DNA of 64,000 nt from Gammaproteobacteria bacterium (GTDB taxonomy: Bacteria > Pseudomonadota > Gammaproteobacteria > Steroidobacterales > Rariloculaceae). The notes under the pieces are model-generated. The model was given only the letters and a program-made list of their open reading frames with translations. It did no database searches and had not been told where the DNA came from. Where the stretch lies: assembly GCA_036563665.1 (NCBI GenBank), contig DATCLY010000025.1, positions 21,042 to 85,041 on the forward strand. Reading direction: 5' to 3'. The position numbers and the translations under genes are program-made. How positions within the stretch are numbered: the first letter of the stretch is position 1; each line of letters starts with the position of its first letter. Below, piece after piece: positions 62,476 through 64,000 of this stretch.

Positions 62476-63321
62476 CTACTGCTCGTTTCGCCGGCCGCCG
62501 CGAAAATCCGCCTGCAGCAGATGCGTGAGCGTATGCACGTAGCGCAGCTTGCCGTTCTCCACGCGGAACAGATGCGTGTCGGGCGCCCCGCTCCCGCCTT
62601 CCGGGCCGCCCGCGCCGAACGTGCAGAACACCACCACGGCGCCGATCACCTCGTCCACCACGAAGCGGCGGTTGGCGATGTTCACGCCGCTCGGCACGCC
62701 CACCTCGCAGCTGTCGTCGGGGCGTCCCTTGCCCGTATAGGCGCCGCCTTCGATGCGGACGCAGGGGAAGCCCCAGGGCACGAGGTCGATCTTGCCCTCG
62801 AGGAAGGCGTCGAGATAGGCGTTCGCGGCCGCGACCAGCGTGCCGCGGGAATCGCGCCGCTCCGGCGGAATGGGATCCCAGCTCTCCGCGGACGAGTAGC
62901 GCAGGTACGCGTCCGCGTCGAACAGCCAATAGCCGGTGGTCGTCCAGAGGATCTCGATCTCGGCGATCTTGTCGTGGTTCACCCGCAGCCGCGTGCCGAG
63001 CACGTACGGCTTCTCGGGGTTGGTGACGATCACCTCGGTGAACGTCTGGCAGGTGTGCTCGTCGAGCAGGCTGCGGTGATGATCGATCCTGAGCGGCGTG
63101 CCCAAGAGACCGCTGGCGATGTCGGTCGGCTTCATGTTCTCGAAGTAGCCCACGCCGGGCGCCAACGGCAGGCCGGAGACGTCGCCCTTGGTCTGGGCGT
63201 CGATGTAGAGATCGACCGCGCGCTGCAGCCCGCCTCGCGCGCAGGAGATCTGACCGAAGCTCACCGCCGGAACGAGCAGCGCGCCCGACAGCAGGACCGC
63301 CGCAACGATGTCGCGCCCCAC
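62476..63321 (-). CDS. Secreted conserved hypothetical protein
   Basis: ORF 62476..63321(-). Signal peptide MGRDIVAAVLLSGALLVPAVSFGQ. Several conserved-looking Cys residues. The C-terminal block RRFVVDEVIGAVVVF..HLFRVENGKLRYVHTL suggests an NTF2-like fold. Confidence 0.72.
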   Translation of the reverse strand: MGRDIVAAVLLSGALLVPAVSFGQISCARGGLQRAVDLYIDAQTKGDVSGLPLAPGVGYFENMKPTDIASGLLGTPLRIDHHRSLLDEHTCQTFTEVIVTNPEKPYVLGTRLRVNHDKIAEIEILWTTTGYWLFDADAYLRYSSAESWDPIPPERRDSRGTLVAAANAYLDAFLEGKIDLVPWGFPCVRIEGGAYTGKGRPDDSCEVGVPSGVNIANRRFVVDEVIGAVVVFCTFGAGGPEGGSGAPDTHLFRVENGKLRYVHTLTHLLQADFRGGRRNEQ

Positions 63322-63569
63322 GAGCCCCTCCTTCGGTTGTTCTCGCGATCGATTATAACGAAGCGACTCGCGGGCGGCGCGCGGCGCCCGGACGGCCTCG
63401 CGGGCAAGCGCGAGAGGATTCCATGCGTCGAGAAGACGAGAATGCTTTTTTCAGCGTCGCACTCGGGGCGCAAGTGGTTCTCGGCCGAGCCTCGTGAAAC
63501 GCGGCGCGACCGGGCAAGCGATCTCGAGGATCTGGACCTCGAGTCGCGCGTCCGCGGAAAGCGGCGGCC

Positions 63570-64000
63570 TCACTGGCCGCGGCGGATGACGATGTTGCCG
63601 TTGTAGGTCTTGAAGCGTATCTCCGGGCCGCCGGCGCCCACGCGCGCGCGCACCTCCCGCTCCATGCGGATCTGGCGGCGCTGCGGATCGCCGCCCCGCT
63701 CGATGATCGCCGCTTGCGGCTGCAACTCCACGTCGAAATCGGTCAGCACGTCGCCGCGCCCCGCTGCGATGACCAGATCGCCCGAGAAATCCGCGGGGAA
63801 CGTGATCTCGAAGTCGCCGTTGAAGGAGCGGAACGACATCGGCTTGGTGCGGTCCACCTCGGCGAACGACACCTCGACGTCGCCGTTCATCGTGGACACC
63901 ACCGCGGACCCGCCCACGTCGAAGGCCGCGATGTCGCCGTTCTGCGAGGAGAGCTCGTGATCTCCCACGACGCCGCGCACCACCAGGTCGTCGTTCATCG
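63570..64000 (-). CDS. DUF4097 (putative adhesin beta-helix) protein, C-terminal part (gene runs off the window)
   Basis: ORF 63570..63998(-) is open to the window edge. Repetitive NGD-type strands (QNGDIAAFDV, MNGDVEVSF, FNGDFEITF, YNGNIVIRR). Confidence 0.7.
   Translation of the reverse strand, partial: MNDDLVVRGVVGDHELSSQNGDIAAFDVGGSAVVSTMNGDVEVSFAEVDRTKPMSFRSFNGDFEITFPADFSGDLVIAAGRGDVLTDFDVELQPQAAIIERGGDPQRRQIRMEREVRARVGAGGPEIRFKTYNGNIVIRRGQ

Noticed and set aside
1-64000. CRISPR arrays, tandem repeats, tRNA/rRNA genes, IS elements, integrases, phage or conjugation genes
   Set aside because: Visual scanning of both strands found no regularly spaced direct repeats, cloverleaf-like low-GC islands, transposase or integrase motifs, or terminal inverted repeats. 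The two cassettes are similar at protein level only, not as DNA repeats. A visual scan cannot exclude short or degenerate elements.

Overview
This is a 64-kb chromosomal segment of roughly 70% GC (judged by eye), from a Gram-negative, proteobacterium-like organism. The taxonomic guess rests on the Sec and Tat signal peptides, a TonB-dependent receptor, NasST-NirBD and MetX/MetY. I call 52 intact-looking CDS and 6 probable gene remnants. By eye I found no rRNA, tRNA, CRISPR array, IS element, integrase or phage gene, so nothing marks the segment as a mobile island. Because of the GC content, most long ORFs in the track are antisense or alternate-frame shadow ORFs. I chose frames by recognisable protein motifs, signal peptides, Shine-Dalgarno sequences and operon geometry. 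Many adjacent genes share 4-nt ATGA/TTGA stop-start overlaps. Core metabolism includes nasT-nasS, a remnant of a nitrate ABC ATPase, nirB-nirD, metX-metY plus a CoA-binding protein, msrA, avtA and an OsmC-family protein. The rest is dominated by exported proteins: four alpha/beta hydrolases plus a fragment, two SMP-30-like beta-propellers, two MBL-fold proteins, and a TonB receptor / M20 peptidase / Zn-metalloprotease operon. It also holds a lanthanide-type PQQ dehydrogenase, a p-cresol-methylhydroxylase-like flavocytochrome c and a NEW3-repeat protein with an ABC-2 exporter. The most interesting signal is two paralogous minus-strand cassettes (36906..43212 and 52639..57849). Each encodes a haem-motif DUF1592-family multidomain protein, a Tat-exported DUF1552 protein and a large Sec-exported ankyrin-repeat protein. 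A third orphan paralogue of the ankyrin protein lies at 19230..21041. Cassette A also carries a variant MBL-fold gene. It continues with short spacers into the flavocytochrome c genes and a minimal NB-ARC NTPase. A second theme is an unusual density of truncated, frameshifted or fragmentary genes. All family assignments come from motif recognition by eye and need HMM or BLAST confirmation.
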